Positions 6,634-14,493 of a DNA stretch of 17,214 nt are shown one piece after another. Source of the stretch: a virus; the UHGV virus genome UHGV-0135926; one strand, 5' to 3'. The notes under the pieces are model-generated. The model did no database searches. It had not been told where the DNA came from and was given only the letters and a program-made list of their open reading frames with translations. How positions within the stretch are numbered: the first letter of the stretch is position 1; each line of letters opens with the position of its first letter. The position numbers were made by a program, and so were the translations under genes.

Positions 6634-6834
6634 ATGAAAGAGTATTGGGACTCTTTAACTAAAGAGCAGCAAGGCGAATTAGCTGGAAGCGTAGGTTCCA
6701 CGCCTGGCTACCTGCGTTTAGTTTTCAATGGCTACAAAAAGGCAGGTTTTTCCTTGGCTAAAAAGCTGGAGGAAACAACTGCTGGGATTATCAGCAAATC
6801 TGATCTTCGTCCTGACATTTACCCTAAACAGTAG
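6634..6834 (+). CDS. cro: Cro-like / YdaS-like small HTH regulator
   Basis: 66 aa from ATG 6634 with GGAGG 8 nt upstream; the track's upstream extension lacks an RBS and overlaps the operators. Ends …LRPDIYPKQ, typical of YdaS/Cro-like proteins. Divergent from the repressor. Confidence 0.75.
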   Translation: MKEYWDSLTKEQQGELAGSVGSTPGYLRLVFNGYKKAGFSLAKKLEETTAGIISKSDLRPDIYPKQ

Positions 6835-6877
6835 CAGACGAGCTGATTTTTATAACCACAGAATTAAGGGGTTAACC

Positions 6878-7429
6878 GTGGGTAACGAACCTATTTGGAA
6901 AGTCGAACGTCAGCCAGCCTGGCTGGTGGCGGCGATAAAAAAAACGATCACCGATCTACCTGGTGGTTATGCCGAGGCGGCGGAATGGTTGGGCGTGACA
7001 GAGAACGCATTGTTTAACCGCCTTCGTGTTGACGGCGATCAGATCTTCCCGCTGGGCTGGGCAATGGTTTTACAACGTGCTGGTGGTTCAACTCATATCG
7101 CTGATGCCGTTGCGCGCCATTCTCAGGGCGTATTTGTACCGCTGGCAGATGTTGATGATCTGGATAACGCCGATATCAACCAGCGCCTGATGGAGTCCAT
7201 CGAATGGATAGGCCGTCATTCTAATTTTGTACGTAAAGCCACGGCTGATGGGGTGATTGACGCAGATGAGCGCGCTCAGATTGAGGAAAACAGCTATCAG
7301 GTTATTGCGAAGTTCCAGGAGCACGTAGCGCTTCTTTATCGAGTTTTTTGTGTCGCTGAAAAGAGTGACGCCCGCGAGTGTGCAGCTCCGGGCGCCTTGG
7401 CGAACAACTCTTCGAGTATGGAGAAATAA
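6878..7429 (+). CDS. YdaT-like protein at the CII position
   Basis: Start chosen at GTG 6878 (AGGGG 6 nt upstream); the frame has no Met before this point that does not overlap cro. Follows the YdaS-like gene as in the Rac prophage ydaS-ydaT pair. Confidence 0.55.
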   Translation: MGNEPIWKVERQPAWLVAAIKKTITDLPGGYAEAAEWLGVTENALFNRLRVDGDQIFPLGWAMVLQRAGGSTHIADAVARHSQGVFVPLADVDDLDNADINQRLMESIEWIGRHSNFVRKATADGVIDADERAQIEENSYQVIAKFQEHVALLYRVFCVAEKSDARECAAPGALANNSSSMEK

Positions 7430-7601
7430 TCCGCATGAGCAGTTTAACGGCTTTTAACCGTCTACCGCAACTCAGGATGATCCCGGTTTCGGGTACTCCG
7501 TTGTTTCGGTATGAACGCAGATTATCAAACCGCTTGGTTCCGTGTAACCACAGTAGGGCGGTTTCAATTGTGGGGGTCTACAACCGGAGGGCGAAACGCC
7601 T

Positions 7602-7781
7602 GTGCGCGAACTTAACCGAAGGTTCAAAGATCACCGTGGAGTGCCAGTCCGTGTTATCCGCTGGGAGCCAGAAACACAGCGCGTTATCTATCTGCGTGAT
7701 GGCTACCCGCACGAATGCTTCAGCCCACTTGAGCATTTCAGGCAAAAGTTCAGGGAGATAACGGACGATCATGAGCACTAA
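7602..7781 (+). CDS. Candidate small protein (59 aa, GTG start); an antisense ORF on the minus strand is an alternative
   Basis: Hand translation: VRELNRRFKDHRGVPVRVIRWEPETQRVIYLRDGYPHECFSPLEHFRQKFREITDDHEH. GGAGG lies 11 nt upstream; the stop overlaps the replication gene start by 11 nt. Contains rare codons (AGG x2, CGA, ATA), so it is weak. Confidence 0.25.
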   Translation: MRELNRRFKDHRGVPVRVIRWEPETQRVIYLRDGYPHECFSPLEHFRQKFREITDDHEH

Positions 7782-8628
7782 ATTAACCGGCTACGTATGG
7801 GATGGTTGCGCGGCGTCGGGCATGAAGTTGTCTAGTGTCGCGATCATGGCCCGCCTCGCTGATTTCAGCAGCGATGAGGGCGTGTGCTGGCCGTCCATTG
7901 AAACTATTGCTCGCCAGCTTGGCGCAGGGCCGAGCACTATCAGAACGGCAATCGCTAAGCTTGAAAAAGATGGCTGGCTCACGCGTACACAGCGCCGTAA
8001 TGGTAACCGTAATGCTTCGAACGTGTACCGCCTGAATGTGGCGAAACTTCAGGCTGCCGCATTTTCTCAACTGTCAGATTCTGACACGTCAAAATCTGAC
8101 GCATCAAAATTTGACGCCTCAAAAACTGACCCGTCGAAATCCGTCAAAAACGGCGGTTTTGACCCGTCAGAATCTGGCGGGGATCCGTCAGTAAAATCAA
8201 AACAAGATCCACAAGTAACTTCAAAACCCTCTTGTCCGGTTGCGGCGCAACCAGACCCTGAAGTCGTGATTACTGATCAGGCAATTTTGGTTCTGACCCA
8301 TTTGAACAAGATCAGCGGATCCCGGTATCAGAAATCAAAAACATCCCTGGAGAACATCCGTGCCCGACTGCGTGAGGGATACAGCGTTGCAGACCTGCAA
8401 CTGGTTATCGACCTGAAGCATGAGCACTGGCACGAGAACGACGAGCAGTACCAGTACATGCGCCCGGAAACGCTGTTCGGCCCGAAGAAATTCGAGAGCT
8501 ATCTGCAAAGCGCTACCCGCTGGGAGCAGAAGGGACGGCCTAAACGCGCTGACTGGGGTGCGAAAAAGCGCGATGTGATGGCTTTTGGTCCGGTTGATAC
8601 AACGATTCCAGAGGGGTTCAGAGGATGA
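7771..8628 (+). CDS. Replication initiator (lambda O-like role): N-terminal HTH, iteron-encoded repeat linker, conserved phage C-terminal domain
   Basis: 285 aa; the internal peptide repeat SDSDTSKSDASKFDASKTDPSKS is encoded by the iteron array. Position downstream of the CII analogue. Stop overlaps the next start (ATGA). Confidence 0.8.
   Translation: MSTKLTGYVWDGCAASGMKLSSVAIMARLADFSSDEGVCWPSIETIARQLGAGPSTIRTAIAKLEKDGWLTRTQRRNGNRNASNVYRLNVAKLQAAAFSQLSDSDTSKSDASKFDASKTDPSKSVKNGGFDPSESGGDPSVKSKQDPQVTSKPSCPVAAQPDPEVVITDQAILVLTHLNKISGSRYQKSKTSLENIRARLREGYSVADLQLVIDLKHEHWHENDEQYQYMRPETLFGPKKFESYLQSATRWEQKGRPKRADWGAKKRDVMAFGPVDTTIPEGFRG
8071..8198. repeat. Origin-type iteron array inside the replication gene (15-bp period)
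   Basis: Tandem TGACACGTCAAAATC (8082-8096), TGACGCATCAAAATT (8097-8111), TGACGCCTCAAAAAC (8112-8126), TGACCCGTCGAAATC (8127-8141), then degenerate copies to 8198. Followed by an A-rich stretch. Confidence 0.7.
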
Positions 8629-9506
8629 CGTTAAACAAATATTGCCAGTCGCTGGCGGAACTACGTAGCCAACCAGCCCACGAATTGAAAGAAGTTGGCG
8701 ATCAGTGGCGAACACCGGATCTGCTTTTTTGGGGGATCAACGCGCTATTTGGTCCATTAGTTCTGGACTTGTTTGCTGACGCCGACAACGCGAAATGCCC
8801 GGCATGGTACACCGCCGAAGATAACGCGCTGACGCAGGACTGGTCTGAACGTCTGGCAGAACTGGGTGGCGCTGGCTATGGCAACCCACCGTATAGCCGT
8901 TCGCAGTACCACGAGAAACAGGCGATCACTGGTATGACGCACATCATGAAATACGCAGCAGCCCAGCGCGAGAAGGGCGGTCGCTATGTATTCCTGATAA
9001 AAGCCGCGCCGAGTGAAACGTGGTGGCCGGAAGATGCCGATCACATTGTATTCATTCGCGGGCGCATTGGGTTCGATCTGCCTGTGTGGTTTGTACCTGC
9101 TGACGAAAAACAGAAACCCACCAGCGCGTTTTTTGCCGGTGCCATAGCTGTATTCGATAAGTCGTGGCGTGGTGAGCGGTTCAGCTATATCAACCGCACA
9201 GAACTGGAGGCAAAAGGTCGGGAATTTATGGCGCTGGCTCAATTCGCTGTTGGTAAAGAGCAAACAATTGCAGTGCGGACAGCCCAGGAACCAGTAATAC
9301 CATCGGAAACTGAGTCACGTATCTGGCCTCTAGAGGTTGGTCTGGTGTTTAACCAGGTGGAAGGCGTTGACGTATTGAGTGAGGCTCAGCAGAACAAGCT
9401 GAAAGCCAACATCAATCAACTCTGGCTGGAACGAACGGCCACCAGCGAAATTATTACAATTGCGCGTGGTCTTGTTGGCAGCATGCAGGGGGTAACCCAT
9501 GCGTGA
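8625..9506 (+). CDS. Phage Dam-family DNA N6-adenine methyltransferase
   Basis: 293 aa; catalytic NPPY motif (…GYGNPPYSRS…). Translationally coupled to both neighbours (ATGA at 8625, 8-nt overlap with the next gene). Confidence 0.8.
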   Translation: MTLNKYCQSLAELRSQPAHELKEVGDQWRTPDLLFWGINALFGPLVLDLFADADNAKCPAWYTAEDNALTQDWSERLAELGGAGYGNPPYSRSQYHEKQAITGMTHIMKYAAAQREKGGRYVFLIKAAPSETWWPEDADHIVFIRGRIGFDLPVWFVPADEKQKPTSAFFAGAIAVFDKSWRGERFSYINRTELEAKGREFMALAQFAVGKEQTIAVRTAQEPVIPSETESRIWPLEVGLVFNQVEGVDVLSEAQQNKLKANINQLWLERTATSEIITIARGLVGSMQGVTHA

Positions 9507-11433
9507 GATTATCGTTGATAACTTTGCTGGTGGCGGTGGCGCATCAACGGGTATTGAACTGGCGATCGGGCGCAGCGTGGATATTGCGATAAACCACGAC
9601 GAAAACGCCATTGCGATGCACAAGACGAACCACCCGGACACACTGCATTATTGTGAATCCGTATTTGACGTGGATCCGGTAGCCGCCACCGGAGGTCATC
9701 CTGTCGGACTGGCATGGTTTAGCCCGGACTGCCGACACTTCTCGAAGGCAAAAGGCGCAAAGCCTGTGAAAAAAGAGATACGCGGTCTGGCCTGGATTGT
9801 TCTGCGTTGGGCACTGGCAAAGCGACCGCGCGTGATGATGCTGGAGAACGTGGAAGAGTTCAAAACGTGGGGACCGCTGCTGGCCGATGAAATGCGTCCG
9901 GATCCTGCCCGCACTGGCGAAACATTCAATGCATTTGTCGGCATGCTGTCCACTGGCATTCCTGCTGATCACCCGGCACTGGCTGAGGTTTGTGAGTTTC
10001 TGTCTATCGAAAGAGGTAGCGAGCAGGCACAAAAGCTGGTGGATGGGCTGGGATATGATGTTGATTATCGCGAACTACGTGCGTGTGATTACGGCGCGCC
10101 GACGATCCGCAAACGCTTCTTCATGGTTATGCGTTGCGATGGTTGCCCAATCCAGTGGCCTGCTATTACCCATGGGGATCCTAAGTCTCTGGAGGTGCAA
10201 AGTGGCAGGCTGATGCCATGGCGTACCGCTGCGGAATGTATCGACTGGAATATTCCGGCCCTGTCCATCTTCGACCGCAAAAAACCGCTGGCGGAGAACA
10301 CTCTGAAGCGGATCGCGCGCGGCATACAGCGCTTTGTTATCGAAAGTGCGTCGCCGTTTATTGTGAAGTGCAACCACACGAGCTCAAAAAATGCGTATGA
10401 CGCTTTTCGCGGACAGTCACTGAATGAGCCATTACAGACCATTACTAAAAAACTCGGCTACGCGTTAGCCGTTCCACACCTGACAAAATTCCGCACTGGC
10501 GCAACCGGGCAGCCCCTTACCGAACCTGTTCCGACGGTAACCGCTGGCACGTCAAAACGCCCGGGCGGGAACGGGCATGCACTCGGGATTGTTGAGGCTG
10601 CACTGACGCCATTCCTGGCGGGTAATGGTGGTAGTGAATACCAGGCGAAACCGCGCCCGCTGGATAAACCTGCTCATACCATTCTGAAGCAATCCCGAGC
10701 CTGTCTGGTTGCGCCAGTGATAGCCCGCCAGTTTGGGGCCAGCGTCGGCCACCGTGCAGACGAACCGAGCGCAACCATCACCGCTGGTGGTGGCGGTAAA
10801 TCTCAACCGGTAACGCCTACGCTGATTCAGATGGGTTATGGCGAACGACCTGGGCAAGAACCGCGTGTGCTGCGACTGGATAACCCGCTGGGGACCGTTA
10901 CTGCAGGCGGAAATAAATTTGCGACGGTGAGCGCGTTCCTGGCGAAACACTACGGCGGTAACTATACGGGGCCTGGTGTCAGTATGGATGAACCCGCGCA
11001 TTCAGTGACCACTGTCGACCATCATGCGGTAGTTGCCTCTCATCTGGTGAAACTGCGTGGAACATGCCGCGACGGGCAACGCCTTGATGTGCCAATGCCA
11101 ACAATCACTGCTGGTGGCCAACACGTGGGTGAGGTACGCACATTTCTCGAGACGTATTGCGGGGAAAGTGACGATGAATGGCTGGTAACGATCGATGGGG
11201 TTAAATACCAGATCGTTGATATCGGAATGCGCATGTTGCAGCCGCATGAACTCTACAAAGCGCAGGGCTTCCCGGATGGTTACGTTATTGATCAGGACTA
11301 CCGTGGAAATCGCTATGCAAAAGATAAGCAGGTAGCCCGCTGCGGTAATGCGGTACCACCACCATTCGCCAGGGCGCTGGTGGAGGCAAATCTTCCGGAA
11401 CTGTGTGCAGTGCAACAGCAGGAGGTGGCATGA
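9499..11433 (+). CDS. DNA cytosine-5 methyltransferase with a long repeat-containing variable region
   Basis: 644 aa. Motif I FAGGGG, PC-type motif SPDCRHFS, motif VI MLENV, motif VIII TIRKRFFMV, motif IX LQPHELYKAQGFPDGY, motif X RCGNAVPPPF. Between VIII and IX there are seven tandem units with core h-[DNT]-[EKNV]-P-x-x-[TS]-[IV]-T. Confidence 0.85.
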   Translation: MREIIVDNFAGGGGASTGIELAIGRSVDIAINHDENAIAMHKTNHPDTLHYCESVFDVDPVAATGGHPVGLAWFSPDCRHFSKAKGAKPVKKEIRGLAWIVLRWALAKRPRVMMLENVEEFKTWGPLLADEMRPDPARTGETFNAFVGMLSTGIPADHPALAEVCEFLSIERGSEQAQKLVDGLGYDVDYRELRACDYGAPTIRKRFFMVMRCDGCPIQWPAITHGDPKSLEVQSGRLMPWRTAAECIDWNIPALSIFDRKKPLAENTLKRIARGIQRFVIESASPFIVKCNHTSSKNAYDAFRGQSLNEPLQTITKKLGYALAVPHLTKFRTGATGQPLTEPVPTVTAGTSKRPGGNGHALGIVEAALTPFLAGNGGSEYQAKPRPLDKPAHTILKQSRACLVAPVIARQFGASVGHRADEPSATITAGGGGKSQPVTPTLIQMGYGERPGQEPRVLRLDNPLGTVTAGGNKFATVSAFLAKHYGGNYTGPGVSMDEPAHSVTTVDHHAVVASHLVKLRGTCRDGQRLDVPMPTITAGGQHVGEVRTFLETYCGESDDEWLVTIDGVKYQIVDIGMRMLQPHELYKAQGFPDGYVIDQDYRGNRYAKDKQVARCGNAVPPPFARALVEANLPELCAVQQQEVA

Positions 11434-11816
11434 AACTTGTGCTCCCGTTCCCTCCGAGCGTGAACACGTACTGGCGCGCCCCTAATAAGGGGCCGCTGGC
11501 CGGTCGTCACCTCATTAGCGCTGATGCTCGTAAATACCAGAGCGCTGCCTGCGTGGCGATCATTGAGCAATTACGACGTCTCCCGAAGCCATCGACTGAA
11601 CTGGCAGCGGTAGAAATCACTCTGTACCCGCCGGATGCGCGCCGCCGGGATATCGATAATTACAACAAAGCCCTGTTTGACGCGCTGACGCATGCGGGTG
11701 TCTGGGAAGACGACAGCCAGATTAAGCGCATGCTGGTGGAATGGGGACCCGTAGTGCCGAAAGGTCGGGTAGAGATAACGATCAGCAGATATGAACCGGC
11801 GGGTGCAGCCGCCTGA
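11430..11816 (+). CDS. rusA: RusA Holliday-junction resolvase
   Basis: 128 aa from ATG 11430 (AGGAGGTGG upstream, ATGA overlap with the methyltransferase stop). Clear similarity to E. coli RusA (…LPFPPSVNTYW…, …DARRRDIDNYNKALFDALT…). Confidence 0.85.
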   Translation: MKLVLPFPPSVNTYWRAPNKGPLAGRHLISADARKYQSAACVAIIEQLRRLPKPSTELAAVEITLYPPDARRRDIDNYNKALFDALTHAGVWEDDSQIKRMLVEWGPVVPKGRVEITISRYEPAGAAA

Positions 11817-11829
11817 TATGGAGAAAAGT

Positions 11830-12513
11830 ATGAGCCAATTAGCAACAACAGCATTAACCATGTCCAGCAGCGATATTGCTGAGCTGGTGGAATCACGACA
11901 TGACCATGTTAAACGGTCCATTGAACGCCTGGCAGAGCGCGGTGTTATTGAACTCCCCCCAATGGGGGAAGTTAAAAATCACCTCAATCAGTCGGTATCG
12001 GTTTATCTGATAGGGAAGCGGGACAGTTATATCGTTGTCGCGCAGCTGTCGCCGGAGTTTACCGCGCGTCTGGTTGATCGCTGGCAGGAGCTTGAGCAGG
12101 CACAGCAGCAGACGATTCCTCAATCATTCTCTGAAGCCCTACGTCTTGCAGCTGACCTTGCAGAACAAAAACAGCAGTTGACTAACGAACTGGCTGCCGC
12201 GGCGCCGAAGGTAGCGTTTGTTGATCGGTACTGTACAGCCAGTGGGTCAATGTCATTCCGCCAGGTGGCAAAACTGCTTAAGGCCAAAGAGCCAGATCTG
12301 CGGTTATTCCTCCTTGAGAACGACATCATGTATCGCCTTGGCGGAACGATGACCCCACGGCATCAGCATATTGATGCGGGCCGTTTTGAAGTGAAAACCG
12401 GCACATCCGTAACCTCAAATCATGCATTCAGCCAGGCACGTTTCACGGCGAAAGGCGTGCGCTGGATTGGTGGACTGTGGGCAGAACACATTGCCAGGGG
12501 GCAGGTCGCGTGA
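11830..12513 (+). CDS. Rha-family phage regulatory protein with C-terminal KilAC/antirepressor-like domain
   Basis: Start chosen at ATG 11830 (GGAG about 6 nt upstream). N-terminus (…SSSDIAELVESRHDHVKRSIERL…) is Rha-like; the C-terminus is ANT/KilAC-like. Confidence 0.65.
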   Translation: MSQLATTALTMSSSDIAELVESRHDHVKRSIERLAERGVIELPPMGEVKNHLNQSVSVYLIGKRDSYIVVAQLSPEFTARLVDRWQELEQAQQQTIPQSFSEALRLAADLAEQKQQLTNELAAAAPKVAFVDRYCTASGSMSFRQVAKLLKAKEPDLRLFLLENDIMYRLGGTMTPRHQHIDAGRFEVKTGTSVTSNHAFSQARFTAKGVRWIGGLWAEHIARGQVA

Positions 12514-13505
12514 GAGCTCTGCTTACCCCCGAGATCGCCCATCGTATGGGGATTGTGCTGTTCCGTCCCGGTGCGGAACTGATGCACCTCTTCATGCGTG
12601 GTCGCGTTCTGCTCGAGCCTGAACCAGAAGAAATGGCGTCATTCAGTACCGGGGCTGTTCCGGCAGCCATTCAGCCGCTGGCTGATGATCCGGTAATGCG
12701 TCAGGTCTTCGAGAATGAGAGGGTTATTCAGCGTGCCGGTGGGATTTCTTCCCTTGAGCAATGGTTGAGTAATCGGTTTGTATGCCAGTGGCCACATTCA
12801 ACGTGGCACGACAAGAACTTCACAACAATGCGGCACCCACCAGGAAGCATTCGCCTGTGCTGGCATTGCGATCACACTTTGTCGGGGCAGCATACCGAAC
12901 AGCTTGCAGGTATAGCGGCCGGAAACCTGGTATCCTGGATTCTGGAAGTCATTCGGCGTGATTCTGGTTTTCCCGAGTCGCATATCCTGACGCTTCCGGA
13001 ACTGTGCTGGTGGATGGTTAGAAACGACCTGGCTGATGTTATTCCGGAAAGCGTTGCGCACAAGGGGCTACGCCTTCCGGATGAGAAGATCCGCTCGGTC
13101 ATGAGGGAAAGCGACATTGTGCCTTCCGCGTCTGCAACCAGCCTCGTGCAGGAGAAGGCGAAGAAGATCCTAACGCTCTCTGTTGATCCGGAGTCGCCAG
13201 AGTCTTTCATGCTCAGGCCAAAGCGACGCCGCTGGGTAAATGAGACGTACACCCGCTGGGTTAAAACACAACCCTGTGAGTGTTGCCGACGGCCAGCAGA
13301 TGATCCGCACCATATCGTAGGGCACGGTATGGGTGGTACAGCAACAAAAGCCCATGACCTCTTCGTGATCCCTCTGTGCAGAGAGTGCCACGACGAGTTA
13401 CACGCCGATGTACCAGCATTCGAGCAGAAGCATGGTACGCAGCTTGAGCTGCTACTGCGTTTTATGGATCGGGCGCTGGCGATCGGCGTAATTGCGAAAG
13501 CTTAA
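12510..13505 (+). CDS. DUF968 / YdfU-like protein with C-terminal Cys/His HNH-like motif
   Basis: GTG at 12510-12512 overlaps the upstream TGA (GTGA). C-terminal …CECCRRP…HHIVGHGMGG…PLCRECHDELH… resembles the Qin-prophage YdfU family, which sits next to QuuQ in E. coli. Confidence 0.6.
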   Translation: MRALLTPEIAHRMGIVLFRPGAELMHLFMRGRVLLEPEPEEMASFSTGAVPAAIQPLADDPVMRQVFENERVIQRAGGISSLEQWLSNRFVCQWPHSTWHDKNFTTMRHPPGSIRLCWHCDHTLSGQHTEQLAGIAAGNLVSWILEVIRRDSGFPESHILTLPELCWWMVRNDLADVIPESVAHKGLRLPDEKIRSVMRESDIVPSASATSLVQEKAKKILTLSVDPESPESFMLRPKRRRWVNETYTRWVKTQPCECCRRPADDPHHIVGHGMGGTATKAHDLFVIPLCRECHDELHADVPAFEQKHGTQLELLLRFMDRALAIGVIAKA

Positions 13506-13520
13506 ACGTATGGAGACCGT

Positions 13521-14351
13521 ATGAACCTGGATAATGTACTGAAATTTTTTGCGCCGAAAGGTATGCACATATCAGATACCAGCAGAGCGACAGCCAGTGA
13601 ACAACTGACGGTTACTGATGTAATGGCTGCACTGGGGATGACTCAGGCCGATGCGGGGATAGGCCTGGCAATGTTTCTGGGCAAAGCTGGTATCAGCAGC
13701 CAGGACAGGGAGGCGTCAATAGCTTGGCTAACGGAGTACGCGAAAGAGCATGCGCCCATGGCCATTCGTAAAGCGTCAGGGAAAAAGTTTCCCCTCTGCA
13801 TGCGTATTCTTGCCCGGTTTGCCTATAACGATTATTCCTCATCAGCCGCTGATAGCGTGGCATGCCCAAAATGTAGTGGTAAAGGGTTGCTTACAACTAC
13901 TAAAACCGTGACTAAAAGTCATTACACAATGCGATTGCCACAATGGGCAAAAGACCTGAGACAGTCACCATCTGACTTTGAGGTTAAGCGCGATGTAACT
14001 GACACTGATCATACGTTATGTTCCCGCTGCCATGGCACAGGAAAGTTAAGTAAGCGATGCCAGTGCGGCGGCACAGGTAAGACTATTGACCGTAAAGCGA
14101 CAGAACTGCAGGGCGTACCGGTTTACAAAGAATGTAAGCGCTGTGAAGGTCGGGGATACAGCAGGCCAAAATCATCGGTTGCCTATCGAGGTGTTTTTTC
14201 TGAGTTGCCGAGTCTGCCTGACCGAACGTGGCGTTATAGCTGGAAACCATTCTATGAAAGCCTGGTGACCAAATGTTTCCAGGAGGAGAGTTATTCAAGC
14301 TCTCAACTGAATCGGGTGACTAAAAGTGAAGATGTGATAAATATCGCGTAA
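13521..14351 (+). CDS. Q: Late-gene antiterminator Q (QuuQ-like) with four CxxCxGxG-type zinc-finger motifs
   Basis: 276 aa; GGAG 5 nt before the ATG. Position immediately upstream of a pR'/tR' unit and the lysis genes. Motifs CPKCSGKG, CSRCHGTGK, CQCGGTGK, CKRCEGRGY. Family assigned by context and size rather than a clear sequence match. Confidence 0.6.
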   Translation: MNLDNVLKFFAPKGMHISDTSRATASEQLTVTDVMAALGMTQADAGIGLAMFLGKAGISSQDREASIAWLTEYAKEHAPMAIRKASGKKFPLCMRILARFAYNDYSSSAADSVACPKCSGKGLLTTTKTVTKSHYTMRLPQWAKDLRQSPSDFEVKRDVTDTDHTLCSRCHGTGKLSKRCQCGGTGKTIDRKATELQGVPVYKECKRCEGRGYSRPKSSVAYRGVFSELPSLPDRTWRYSWKPFYESLVTKCFQEESYSSSQLNRVTKSEDVINIA

Positions 14352-14367
14352 TTTAGCGTCATGATGT

Positions 14368-14408
14368 TTGCAATGTTGCCGTTTTTGTGTATATTTGACA
14401 TTAACGAT
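14368..14408 (+). promoter_or_regulatory. Late promoter pR' with promoter-proximal pause element
   Basis: TTGCAA (14368-14373), 16 nt, TATATT (14390-14395), then tgacattAACGATGGG (14403-14411). Lambda pR', as I recall it, is TAAATT-tgactc-AACGATGGG with the AACGAT pause-inducing element. Confidence 0.55.
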
Positions 14409-14432
14409 GGGCATTGTATGTTCAGAGTTAAG

Positions 14433-14459
14433 AAACCCGCCACCGAGCGGGTTTTTTTT
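14433..14459 (+). terminator. tR'-type intrinsic terminator
   Basis: Stem aaacccgc (14433-14440) / gcgggttt (14447-14454), loop caccga, followed by a T8 run. Confidence 0.75.
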
Positions 14460-14493
14460 GCACTAGGCCATTCAATCTACGTAAAAATCAATG

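Noticed and set aside
6562-6877. Longer track versions of cro (from 6562) and of the YdaT-like gene (from 6728)
   Set aside because: The upstream extensions run through the operators and promoter or overlap cro, and lack an RBS. Internal starts with good Shine-Dalgarno sequences (6634 and 6878) were preferred.
6634-7429. YdaS/YdaT-like pair as a toxin-antitoxin module
   Set aside because: Their position directly at OR, divergent from the repressor, fits Cro and CII-analogue roles better. Nothing in the sequence itself indicates toxicity.
7378-7761. 127-aa plus-strand ORF overlapping the end of the YdaT-like gene
   Set aside because: The track start overlaps the preceding gene in another frame, the translation is low-complexity (Ser/Arg-rich), and there is no RBS. 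Treated as non-coding or as the smaller alternatives described in the findings.
8071-8198. Short tandem repeats that might be taken for a CRISPR array
   Set aside because: Period is 15 bp with no intervening unique spacers, it lies inside a replication-initiator ORF, and it encodes a peptide repeat. This is an iteron origin, not CRISPR.
9330-11415. Several minus-strand ORFs of 85-162 aa (9330-9641, 9544-10032, 10075-10442, 10517-11001, 11002-11415)
   Set aside because: All lie antisense inside the methyltransferase gene, which has clear catalytic motifs. They have no RBS and arginine/proline-rich, low-complexity translations typical of shadow frames in GC-rich coding DNA.
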